From the NCBI GenBank assembly GCA_963782915.1, contig CAWALK010000004.1:1-18448 (forward strand): DNA of 18,448 nt, read 5' to 3'. The DNA is from an uncultured archaeon (GTDB taxonomy: Archaea > Thermoproteota > Bathyarchaeia > Bathyarchaeales > Bathycorpusculaceae). The translations under genes were made by a program, and so were the position numbers. Under the pieces are notes generated by a model. That model was given only the letters and a program-made list of their open reading frames with translations, was not told where the DNA came from and did no database searches. Of the stretch, positions 7,866 to 16,513 are shown in pieces (positions within the stretch are counted from its first letter, which is position 1; every line of letters starts with the position of its first letter).

Positions 7866-10800
7866 TTATTGGGGTGTTTTGGCTGGTTTATGTTTTCGTT
7901 TGGTAACGGCGATGGCTGCTATGGCTAAGGCGACTGCTATGACAGCCACTATGACTGCGTACATTAGCATAGGCGACTCAGAATCGGAGGTTGGCTGTCC
8001 GGTGAATCTTAGCTCTACATTATGCGTGCTGAAATGAGTCGTGTACCAGACGTAGTAGTTTTGGCTGTCCTGCGTATAACCTTGGTCTACAGCCGGTTGC
8101 CCGTCGATGTAGAACGACTAGTGTTGTTCCGTAGGGAATTTCAGCTTTTGAAATGGTCATGTTGCAGAAGCCTGAGGTACCGGTTTCGCCGGTAACGGTA
8201 AAGGATAGCGTGGTTGTTGCTGTAGTTTGATTGGTGGTTATGGTGGCGTTTGTGAATTGCGATGTAGTTATGTTGCCGTTGATGGCGATTGTAATTTTTG
8301 TATTGTCGTCTTTGTTTGCCTGAATTGTATTAGGTGTAGGTGTGGGTGTAGGTGTTGGGGTTGGTGTTGCCGTCGGTGTTGGAGTGGGTGTTACAGTTGG
8401 AGTTGGTGTTGTCGAAGAAACGCCATAAGTGATTGAGAAAACTGTAGAGGCTGAATTTGCGTTCTGAGCGGTTACAGTTATGGTTGGAGTGCCTGCGATA
8501 GCGTCTCTGTAGTAAAAGCTGGCGGAACTGGAATTGGCTGGGATAGTCACTCTGGTGATGGGTATGTTGCCGGATGCGTCACTGCTGAATATGCCTGCTA
8601 TGGAACTGGAAATCAAGTTTACGGTAAATCCAGAAGTAACTGATCCGAAAGCATCAACTTGGCTGACAGTTATAACCGAAGACGGTTGGTTCGGAGCTAT
8701 TGACTGGCTGGTTCCAACGGTGAAAGTCAAGTTTGATATGTAGCCAGTGCTCAGGGGCAAATAGTCGTAGAAGGCTCCGATTGAAGCGTTGTTGAAAATG
8801 TCAAATTTAGTGTCAATGAAGCCGTCATGGTTCGCATCTGTGCCGGTTTGGCTTGGTCCTGTTCCGTTGGGATAAGCCCAGTAGTTGCCGCCGATCATGC
8901 CGCCGTTACTGTATACTCTGGTTCCAGCTTGTAGGGGTACATTAAAGATGAGTATTGAACTGTTGAAGGGTAGGTTTGGACCTGAATTGTATTCGCTGAA
9001 GCTGTAGGGGTTAACGTAGTTGGTGTCGTTGACGAAATTGTTGTAGAAGTACAGTTTTTCATTGGTGCAATTGTTGGGTTCAAAACAGCATAGGAGCATT
9101 GTATTGTTGTTAGCGATGAACTTGTTATTGTAAATGAGCTGTGTATAGTTAAATTCTGGTTCTCCGACGCCCCAGAAGAAACCGTTATAGTTGTTGAGGA
9201 AAATGTTGTTGCTTACTTTACAGTCAACGTCGCCTAGGAAAAGTGCTGTTCCTTCCCAATCGTTGGAATCTGATGTTCCGGTATGGTCGAAGCAGTTGCC
9301 GCTTATGGTTTCATTTGCACTGTATATATCCCAGAGTGCGAAAGCACTCGAATTGTTAAACATCGAATTTATGTATGTGCAGTTACTGCTGTCTGTCATG
9401 TCGATGCCTTCGATGTTATTGTTGAAGTAACATCCTGAAATCGTTCCATTAACGCAGCTGCTGCCGCCAAGGCCTTCACTGTTTCCTAAGAAGTTACAGC
9501 CTTGAACATTATAGTTGTAACAGCCTTGTACCAGTATTCCATAGTTGGTACAGTCTGAAAAGTTGCTGTTTGTAACGGTGAACGAACTCTCACGAGCCCT
9601 AATGCCAGTCCTTTCGCCTTGTATGTTAAAGTTCATCAGAGTTAGATTCTCGCTATATGAAAGCATGACACCCGTTCCGCTAGGCGTGAGCGGAGCAATG
9701 TCTGATTCAACCAGAGGTAGCATTAGGTTTTGGATTAGGTTGTTTTGACCGTCAACCGTGACGTTGCTGGCTTCAATAGTTAAGGCGGTTCCTCTCCCTG
9801 TGTATGGTGCTGTGATTCGGTAGTTGCCGGGGGAAGTAATTCTGGCAGGTAAAGTGATATTGATCCAGGTGTTTACGTTGAAGTTCAGACTGTAGGGGTG
9901 ATAATCGTAGGCCAAGCCGATTGATGCGTTGTTAAATAAGTTGAAGGCGGAATCAACGAAGCCGTCTTGGTCTGCGTCTGTACCTATTTGGCTTATTCCT
10001 GTACTGTCTGGAGTAGCCCAGAAGTTGCCGCCAATAACGGGACCATTGCTGTAGATTCTTTCTCCAAGATTCGTTGTCGTATTCAGGTTGAGAATATTGC
10101 TGTTTATGGGCAGGTAATTGCCTGAATAACTGGCTGTTAAGCATATTGGGTCAATGAGGGCTGAGTCGTTGATGAAATTATTGAAGAAATATAGTTTTTG
10201 ATTAGTGTTGCTACTTGGAATTCCATAGTCAAGGAACATTGTATAGGTATTGTTTTGGAAAATGTTGTCGTTGGCGTTAAAGGTGTTGTTTGAGGTTGAG
10301 TCGCTAACTTCCCATAATAATGCATCATAATTGCTGTCAAAGTTATTTCCGTATAGTGTGCAGTTGCTGTCTGTTGCCTGAATTCCGCCGTAATAAGCGC
10401 CTACTGCTAAACCGTTGTTTTCGATGTTATTGTTATTAAAACTGATACTATCCGAAAGGTAAACAAGCGCTGCTTGAGGGTTGTTTGCTACCTCGTTGTA
10501 GTCAAAGTATCCCTCAATTTGATATGGAACTACTATGCCAAGGTCGCCGTTTCCATCAATAACGCAATTTTGAATGTAAGAGTTATTTCCGTAACCAGTA
10601 TAAACGCCAGCCATGTGGTTGTAGCAACAATTAGAGCTCAGTAGGGCATAATTGCTTGATTTATAAACGCTAAAGCCATGCCACCCATTATAACTTAGGT
10701 CAACGCTATCGAGCGTAAAAGAGTCACAGTTCTCAGCATAGAAACCGTTGTCCTCTGTGTTAGCAGATACGTTGCATGAGTAAACCCCAAATTCGCTTGA

Positions 10801-11361
10801 TGCGCTAGCAAGAATCCCGCCCCAAAGGTTAGCTGATGCGTTACAGTCGAATATTTGGAAGTTGTTTGAGGCGTTTACGTTTATGCCGTTTTTGTAGTTT
10901 TTAACTATGCTGCAATTTCCAACATTAAAGTCAGTGCAGTTTACAATGCTTAATCCATTGTCGAAGCCATTGGTTATGTTGCAATTTACAATCGTGAAGG
11001 TATTGCTGGAATTTACTTGCAAGCCTATCTTGGCACTTATCACGTTTAGGTTTTGTAAGGTTACGTATGATTGGGAATCCATGTAAACGCCGTAGTCGCC
11101 GGTACTGTTTGTGGGCAAATCTATTGAGTAGTTTTGTCCATCAACTATGACGTTGCTGGCGCTAATGTTTAAGCCTACGCCGCTGCCCGTCCAAGAGCCG
11201 CTTATTGCGTAGTTTCCGCTTTCTGTTATAGTGTAGGGCAACGTGATGGGTGTCCAGGTTGTTTCTGCTTTAGCAGGGGCGAATATACCGCTTATGAATG
11301 AGATTGATAAGAGTAAAATTAATGTGTAAACTAGAATTTTTTTTGTTTTCATGTTTTTCAT
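7866..11361 (-). pseudogene. Large secreted, membrane-anchored parallel beta-helix (NosD/CASH-like) surface protein with PT linker; one extra base near the 3' end
   Basis: Signal peptide; Asn-rich beta-helix repeats; two GGN(F/Y)W...TDA(D/N)xDGF(V/I)D...DYxP caps; PT linker. Removing one base at 8113-8114 extends the frame as YIDGQPAVDQGYTQDSQNYYVWYTTHFSTHNVELRF...MYAVIVAVIAVALAIAAIAVTKRKHKPAKTPQ* to 7866, giving 1164 aa. Confidence 0.85.
8332..8412 (-). repeat. Pro/Thr-rich (TP)n linker
   Basis: TTPTPTVTPTPTPTATPTPTPTPTPTP in the translated ORF. Confidence 0.9.
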
Positions 11362-11661
11362 CTTTTTAAAGGAACTTTTTGGTTGTAGGGAATTACCGCT
11401 TGTCTTTGTTGGCGGAACTATATAACATATGAGCAGTTCAGATACTGATTATTGGTTACAAGCATGAACTTCCAAGCGTTAAATCCATTTTGGACAGGGG
11501 TTATCTGGGGATGCGGCGGGTTTTCGGCATAGCACAGGGGGTTTTGTTGTTTAGGTTAGGAGATAGGCTTTGTTAATGCCCGGCTTGTATTGTGCTGTTC
11601 ATTGCTCACTTCTAATGTGAATTATTTTCTCCCTAATTGCTGGTTGAACCCGACGTTGAAT

Positions 11662-11695
11662 CTACATATAGGGGAGGGGGGTAGCTGGCAGAGCA
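11662..11695 (+). repeat. Dispersed G-tract motif, long type
   Basis: CTACATATAGGGGAGGGGGGTAGCTGGCAGAGCA. Its reverse complement closely matches 15042-15076. Confidence 0.75.
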
Positions 11696-11841
11696 GTAAA
11701 CCTCTACAAAACCCCAAAACCGCTGTGGGTCCTGGCACAAACGCCTATTACCGCAAGATGCCTGCATACAGTCACATAGAAAAACTGTGCAGACTCAACA
11801 AACGCTCGCTTCTTTACTGTTTTTGTTTGCACTTGTTGAGG

Positions 11842-11866
11842 CTATAAATAGAGGGGGGATAGGTCT
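11842..11866 (+). repeat. Dispersed G-tract motif, short type
   Basis: CTATAAATAGAGGGGGGATAGGTCT. Its reverse complement (AGACCTATCCCCCCTCTATTTATAG) matches 14996-15021. Confidence 0.7.
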
Positions 11867-11888
11867 GTGCACAGACAAGCGCCGTTGT

Positions 11889-13235
11889 TTATCGCAGTTT
11901 CATCAAAACCATCTCAGCAGCCAAAACCATCGGCTCCCAAGTCTCGCACAATGGCGGTGCATAAGCGGTGTCGGCTTTGGCGAGTTCACGAACAGTCATG
12001 CCTTTTTGGATAGCGAATGATAGGCAGTTTATGCGCTGCGTTACTTCTTCGCCGCCTATGACTTGTGCGCCGATGATGCGCTGTGACTCTTTTTCGACGA
12101 TGAGTTTGACTTTGATGGGTTTAGCGCCGGGGAAATAATCTGCCTTAGTCTTGCTGCTGATTGCGCCGGTAACCACTTCAATCCGGTTCCGTTGGGCTGC
12201 GTTTTCGGTTAAGCCGGTGTTGCCTGCTTCAATCTCAAACAGTCGGGTAACAGCCGAAGCTAAAACCCCACTGAACAGTGAGTAGTCGCCGCCTGCGTTT
12301 GCCCCCGCAACTTTGCCCTGCCGCACCGCAATCGTACCCAACTGAGCGCAGGTGGGGCGGTGGGTGATGATGTTTGGGGCTTCTGCGCAGTCGCCCACAG
12401 CGTAGACGTCTTTTGCTTCGGTTTCCATGCGCAGGTTGGTTTTGATTGCTTTTGTTTCGCCCAATGGGATGCCTGCTTCGGCGGCGAGTTTGGTGTTGGC
12501 GCGGACTCCAAACGCGCTGATGAACAAGTCGGCTTCGATGATGTCTCCGCCCGCTTTTACCCCGGTAACTTTGTCGGTGCCCATGAATTCTTCGACGCAT
12601 TTGTTAAGCAATATGAGCATGCCTTTTTCTTCAAGGTGCCCCTGAACCATTTTAGCCATATCCGCATCGAGCAACTGCGGCAATATCTGGGGCAACATTT
12701 CAACGACAGTGACTTTGAGTCCCCGCTCCATTAAGCCAACGCCTAATTCCAGCCCAATCAAGCCTGCGCCCATGATTACCGCGCTTTTTGCTCCTGCCTT
12801 CACTGCAGCGTCGATTTGCATGCCATCCTCCATACCACGCAGGCTCAGTATGCCCTGTTTTTCTTTGCCTTTAATCGGTGGCATAAACGAATCGGCACCG
12901 GTAGCAATCACCAAACTATCATATTGGAGCGTTTCAGTTGCGCCATCCTTAGTTTGGATCGCCACAGTTTTTTCTTTGGTGTTAATCGCTGTGGCTTTGG
13001 TTTCGAGCCGCAAATTGAGTTTGAGCATCTGGAAGTAAGCCGGAGGATAAACCACAAGGTCCTTAAAAGCTGCGATTTGGCCGCCGATGACAAAAGGTAA
13101 GCCGCAGCGGCTGTACCCAGCGGTTTTTTCTTGGGTGATTAGGGTGATTTCTGCTGTGCGGTCTTTTTTGCGGGCTGCAGAGGCTGCTTCGACGCCGGCT
13201 GCGTTGGCGCCGATGATGAGGACTCGTCTAGCCAT
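11889..13235 (-). CDS. FAD-dependent pyridine nucleotide-disulfide oxidoreductase, CoA-disulfide reductase / NADH oxidase family
   Basis: IIGANAAG (FAD), YSRCGLPF (redox Cys44), ATGA, GAGLIGLE...VVE (NADH-type), VYAVGDC, C-terminal YAPP dimerisation motif. ATG at 13235, 11 nt after the gcvH stop. Confidence 0.92.
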   Translation of the reverse strand: MARRVLIIGANAAGVEAASAARKKDRTAEITLITQEKTAGYSRCGLPFVIGGQIAAFKDLVVYPPAYFQMLKLNLRLETKATAINTKEKTVAIQTKDGATETLQYDSLVIATGADSFMPPIKGKEKQGILSLRGMEDGMQIDAAVKAGAKSAVIMGAGLIGLELGVGLMERGLKVTVVEMLPQILPQLLDADMAKMVQGHLEEKGMLILLNKCVEEFMGTDKVTGVKAGGDIIEADLFISAFGVRANTKLAAEAGIPLGETKAIKTNLRMETEAKDVYAVGDCAEAPNIITHRPTCAQLGTIAVRQGKVAGANAGGDYSLFSGVLASAVTRLFEIEAGNTGLTENAAQRNRIEVVTGAISSKTKADYFPGAKPIKVKLIVEKESQRIIGAQVIGGEEVTQRINCLSFAIQKGMTVRELAKADTAYAPPLCETWEPMVLAAEMVLMKLR

Positions 13236-13246
13236 CAATTATTCGC

Positions 13247-13663
13247 CTATTTGCCTTGGGCTTGGGCTTTATGCCATTCCACGGCTGCTTCGAAAGTCAT
13301 GAGGTTGGCGAGGTCAGCTTGTAAATTGGAGGGTTTTACTATGAGGAGCCAGCCTTTGTTGTATGGGTCTTCGTTGAGGGTTTCGGGTTTGGATTGGACT
13401 TCATCGTTGACTTCTTCGATTGTGCCGGTGACTGCTGAGATGAGGTCTGAGACGGCTTTCACCGATTCGAGTGTGCCGTATGGTTCGCCTTGTTTTACTT
13501 GGGTTCCGGCAGTGGGTAATTCGGCGTAAACGATTTCGCGCAGGCTTTTCTGTGCGTAGTCGGTTATGCCTACGCGGATTTTGTCGCCTTCTATTTTGAC
13601 CCATTCAAAATCTTTGCTGTAGTAGAGGCCTTCCGGCACTTCGTATGCTTCAACTTTAACCAT
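13247..13663 (-). CDS. gcvH: Glycine cleavage system H protein (lipoyl carrier)
   Basis: YYSKDFEW, VGITDYAQ, LESVKAVSD (lipoyl-Lys), NEDPYNKGWL. Confidence 0.96.
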   Translation of the reverse strand: MVKVEAYEVPEGLYYSKDFEWVKIEGDKIRVGITDYAQKSLREIVYAELPTAGTQVKQGEPYGTLESVKAVSDLISAVTGTIEEVNDEVQSKPETLNEDPYNKGWLLIVKPSNLQADLANLMTFEAAVEWHKAQAQGK

Positions 13664-13684
13664 TGGAATTGAACCTTCTGTTTT

Positions 13685-13723
13685 CTTGTGAAAGACACAA
13701 GTCGGGAAGGATATAAAAGGTTT
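13685..13723 (-). promoter_or_regulatory. gcvH-nox promoter: TATA box plus downstream inverted repeat
   Basis: Minus strand AAACC-TTTTATAT (TATA 13711-13718), and CTTGTG-N5-CACAAG at 13685-13701. Confidence 0.55.
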
Positions 13724-13742
13724 AATTGGGAAAGTTTTGGGT

Positions 13743-14828
13743 TTAGCGTTCCCGTTTGCCTGCTATCCAGGCTTCTGTCCATTCTCTGGCTTGGTTGTCC
13801 GGGACTTGTACAGGTGGATGCTTGAATGCGTATGAGGGCATGCTCAGCAGTGCGCCGGCGATTTTGCGGTCCAACGCTATTTTTGCTGCTCGGATGAGGT
13901 CGATGACTACTCCTGCGCTGTTGGGTGAGTCTTCGACTTCGAGTTTTGCGCTGATTAGTATGGGTCGGTCGCCGAAAGCTCGGGTTTTGAGTGATAGGTA
14001 ACAGATTTTTTTGTTTCCCAGGAATTGTACGAAGTCGCTGGGTCCGATGCGGGTGGGCAATGCGTATGGTACGAGGCTTGTAACTGCTTCGGTTTTGCTG
14101 ATGCGTTTAGATTTTAGGCGGCCTTCGACGGTCATGTTCTGGAAGTCTGTGTCTCCGCCGAGGTTTAACTGGTAAGTTTCGTCCACGATTGCTCCTCGGT
14201 CAAGGCAAAGCCGGACAAGGGTGCGGTGGAGTATGGTTGCGCCGACTTGGCTTTTGATGTCGTCGCCAAGGACGGGTAAGCCGGCTTTTTCGAATTTTTG
14301 GGGCCACTCTTTTGAGGCGTCTGAGCCGATGAATTCGGGCATGCAGTTCACAAATGCGCATCCTGCGTCTATGGCGCATTGTGCGTAGAAGCGGACTGCG
14401 TCATGGCTGCCCACGGGGAGATAGTTTACTAGGACTTCTGTTTTGGCGTCTTTTAATGTTTTAACGATGCTTTCTTTGGCGGTTTTGCTGTCGTCGTAAA
14501 CGTTGAAGACTTCGCGCATGTGTGGTGCGACGCCGTCAAGTATTGGGGCGGGTGAAACTTTGACGCCTAAGTTGGGAACATCGGCGAATTTTGCGCAGCA
14601 ATTGGGTTTAACCCAAATAGCTTCGGAGAGGTCTTTGCCGATTTTGTCTTTGTTAACTTCAAAAGCCGCGACGAAGCATATGTCCCGGATGTGGTAGCCG
14701 CCGAAGTTGACGTGCATCAAGCCGGGGACAGATTCGGTTTCTTTTGCATCTTTATAGAATTGGGTTCCTTGTACGAGTGCTGATGCGCTGTTGCCAACGC
14801 CGACTAATGCTACGCGGATTTGAGGCAT
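13743..14828 (-). CDS. ino1: Myo-inositol-1-phosphate synthase
   Basis: VALVGVGNSASALVQG, VNYLPVGS, GDDIKSQVGATILHR, YQLNLGGDTDFQNM, SKRISKT, VEDSPNSAG. Start placed at ATG 14828 (MPQIRV). Confidence 0.96.
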   Translation of the reverse strand: MPQIRVALVGVGNSASALVQGTQFYKDAKETESVPGLMHVNFGGYHIRDICFVAAFEVNKDKIGKDLSEAIWVKPNCCAKFADVPNLGVKVSPAPILDGVAPHMREVFNVYDDSKTAKESIVKTLKDAKTEVLVNYLPVGSHDAVRFYAQCAIDAGCAFVNCMPEFIGSDASKEWPQKFEKAGLPVLGDDIKSQVGATILHRTLVRLCLDRGAIVDETYQLNLGGDTDFQNMTVEGRLKSKRISKTEAVTSLVPYALPTRIGPSDFVQFLGNKKICYLSLKTRAFGDRPILISAKLEVEDSPNSAGVVIDLIRAAKIALDRKIAGALLSMPSYAFKHPPVQVPDNQAREWTEAWIAGKRER

Positions 14829-14929
14829 GAAACAGTTACCATCCAATGCTTTGATTATTGAGGGTTAATGTTTGCGTACTCTATAACTTTTTCTAAAGAA
14901 ACGTCCAAGTTAGTGTTGGAATGGTTTTC

Positions 14930-15076
14930 TGTTGCTTCGCCGACTTTCCCCTTCTCTATAAAAAGGGCAAAAAGACAGGACCTACCTACCTCAGAGGACC
15001 TACCCCCTCCCTTATTTAAAGGATAAATAGGGTATCTTTGTTGCTCTGCCGCTACCTCCCCTCCCTCTATATATAG
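14930..15076 (-). repeat. Cluster of three copies of the dispersed G-tract motif (C-rich on the + strand)
   Basis: 14930-14965 TGTTGCTTCGCCGACTTTCCCCTTCTCTATAAAAAG; 14996-15021 GGACCTACCCCCTCCCTTATTTAAAG; 15039-15076 TGTTGCTCTGCCGCTACCTCCCCTCCCTCTATATATAG. AGGACCTACC is also duplicated at 14977 and 14995. Confidence 0.75.
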
Positions 15077-15244
15077 GCTGAATTTCTGAATAACTTTGCA
15101 AACAATGACAGCGCAATGAGGTCGGGCACTAGCATGGCCCATACAATTCAGTTCGCCCGTAACCCCAAAAGAGCCGCTCATTACAGATAAACCGTCCTTT
15201 ACCACCCGTGGCACAACACAAAGGGCCACTTCAGAATATAGCGC

Positions 15245-15922
15245 CTAATTGACGCCGCAGCTTTTAATGAACTCAAGAACCTCAGGCGAAGGAATCAGCA
15301 GCGAAATCGCAAGAAAATTTTGAGTTCCATCCGAACTTTTTTCTGCGTTTCGTACCCTTGCCTGAAGCCCAACAACCCTACCATCAACGGTAAAGAAGGG
15401 GCACCCACTCGAACCCCCATACATCACCCTATCCACCTCATACCAAGAAATCAACCGCTCCGAAACTCTCTCAGTAATGTAAGCAGAAATAAAGGCACCC
15501 TGAAACCGCTCAGTAAAACCATAAGACACCCTGCCATTCTCTGACGCGACGACGGAGAGCGGAAACCCCAAACTGCCGCAACTCACCCCCGAAGCAACAA
15601 TTCCCTGAGCAAGACTGGCACATTGCCCCGAGCATTCGCCTTCAATTTTCAACAGGGCAAGGTCCCTAACCGTATCCTCTCGGACAAGCGTCGCCGACAC
15701 AGCGTTTTTCCCAATATCAGGCGACCGAATAACCTCAAAAGTCCGATGAACACCATTCCCCACATCCCCATCCAAATGCAGAATATGCGCATTAGTAACC
15801 ACAAAACCAGGCGCCACCATAACCCCCGAACCCAAACAATGATTAGTAGACGCCCCAAAACATGACCGAGCAATTATACCATACAACGCTTCCCTAACTT
15901 CAGCGGTAGCTGTGCGAAACAT
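15245..15922 (-). CDS. Stand-alone trypsin-like (S1 / Trypsin_2) serine protease
   Basis: GSG...VVTNAHI (His), DLALLKI (Asp), LGFP, GGSSGCPFF...GRVVGL (Ser). No signal peptide or PDZ domain seen. Start is either ATG 15922 or the ORF-track start at 16000. Confidence 0.85.
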   Translation of the reverse strand: MFRTATAEVREALYGIIARSCFGASTNHCLGSGVMVAPGFVVTNAHILHLDGDVGNGVHRTFEVIRSPDIGKNAVSATLVREDTVRDLALLKIEGECSGQCASLAQGIVASGVSCGSLGFPLSVVASENGRVSYGFTERFQGAFISAYITERVSERLISWYEVDRVMYGGSSGCPFFTVDGRVVGLQARVRNAEKSSDGTQNFLAISLLIPSPEVLEFIKSCGVN

Positions 15923-16129
15923 AAGACTAAATGTAGGCTGGTTTGAGCGATTTGAGTCTTGCGGGAGATGATTGTTTTTAGCGGTAACGTTCAAACCCAT
16001 AAGCCGTTTGGCCTATTATGCCGCAACTGTGCCGGGGATGGTTTTGGTTTTATGCTTGGGCTCTGTGGTCATATTCTTTACAGCTCCACTTACGCAGTAA
16101 CCGCAATGATCCATGAGCAACATAGGCTA

Positions 16130-16513
16130 TTATGGCAGAACGGTTATGCTATTGCTTTCTAGATGCAGGAAATCCTTGTCTTTGGTTATGAGGGTTTCAT
16201 TGTTGGCTGCTGCGATCCCCGCTATTATCATATATAGTTCGTTTATGAGTGCCCCTTTTTCCCTGAGTTTCTTGTATATCGCCACAGTTTCGTCTGCGGC
16301 ATCGTTGCCAAAAAATAGGATTAGGAATCTTGAAAGCATGTTGGAGATAAATTCGAGGTCTTGCTCGGGTGCGCCTCGGAGCATTTCATATTTGGTGATT
16401 ATTGTTATGGCGATTTGTTCCTTTCCCAAGTAGGAGGCTATGAGGTCAAGGGCGTATTTCCGTTTTTTAGAGGCGTCTACCATGACGGAGGTATCGAAAA
16501 CGACCATATTCAT
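16130..16513 (-). CDS. vapC: VapC PIN-domain toxin
   Basis: VVFDTSVMVD, ITKYEMLRG, IIAGIA, LITKDKDF. ATG overlaps the vapB stop (TGATG). Confidence 0.9.
   Translation of the reverse strand: MNMVVFDTSVMVDASKKRKYALDLIASYLGKEQIAITIITKYEMLRGAPEQDLEFISNMLSRFLILFFGNDAADETVAIYKKLREKGALINELYMIIAGIAAANNETLITKDKDFLHLESNSITVLP

Noticed and set aside
7840-8037. 65-aa + strand hydrophobic ORF
   Set aside because: Antisense shadow of the restored C-terminal TM anchor of the beta-helix protein.
11662-11866. G-tracts as ORB boxes / replication origin or G-quadruplex
   Set aside because: No TTCCAGTGGAAAC-like ORB core and no cdc6/orc1 nearby; each copy has at most two G-runs, too few for an intramolecular quadruplex.
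11590-12020. + strand ORFs 11590..11847 and 11787..12020
   Set aside because: No motifs, weak starts; they cross repeat copies or lie antisense to the reductase.
12235-13302. Multiple overlapping alternative-frame and antisense ORFs within the reductase gene
   Set aside because: Shadow ORFs expected from codon bias in a GC-richer conserved gene.
14855-15229. 124-aa minus-strand ORF
   Set aside because: Reads through three non-coding repeat copies (giving GG-rich peptides) and the ino1 promoter region; no recognisable domain.
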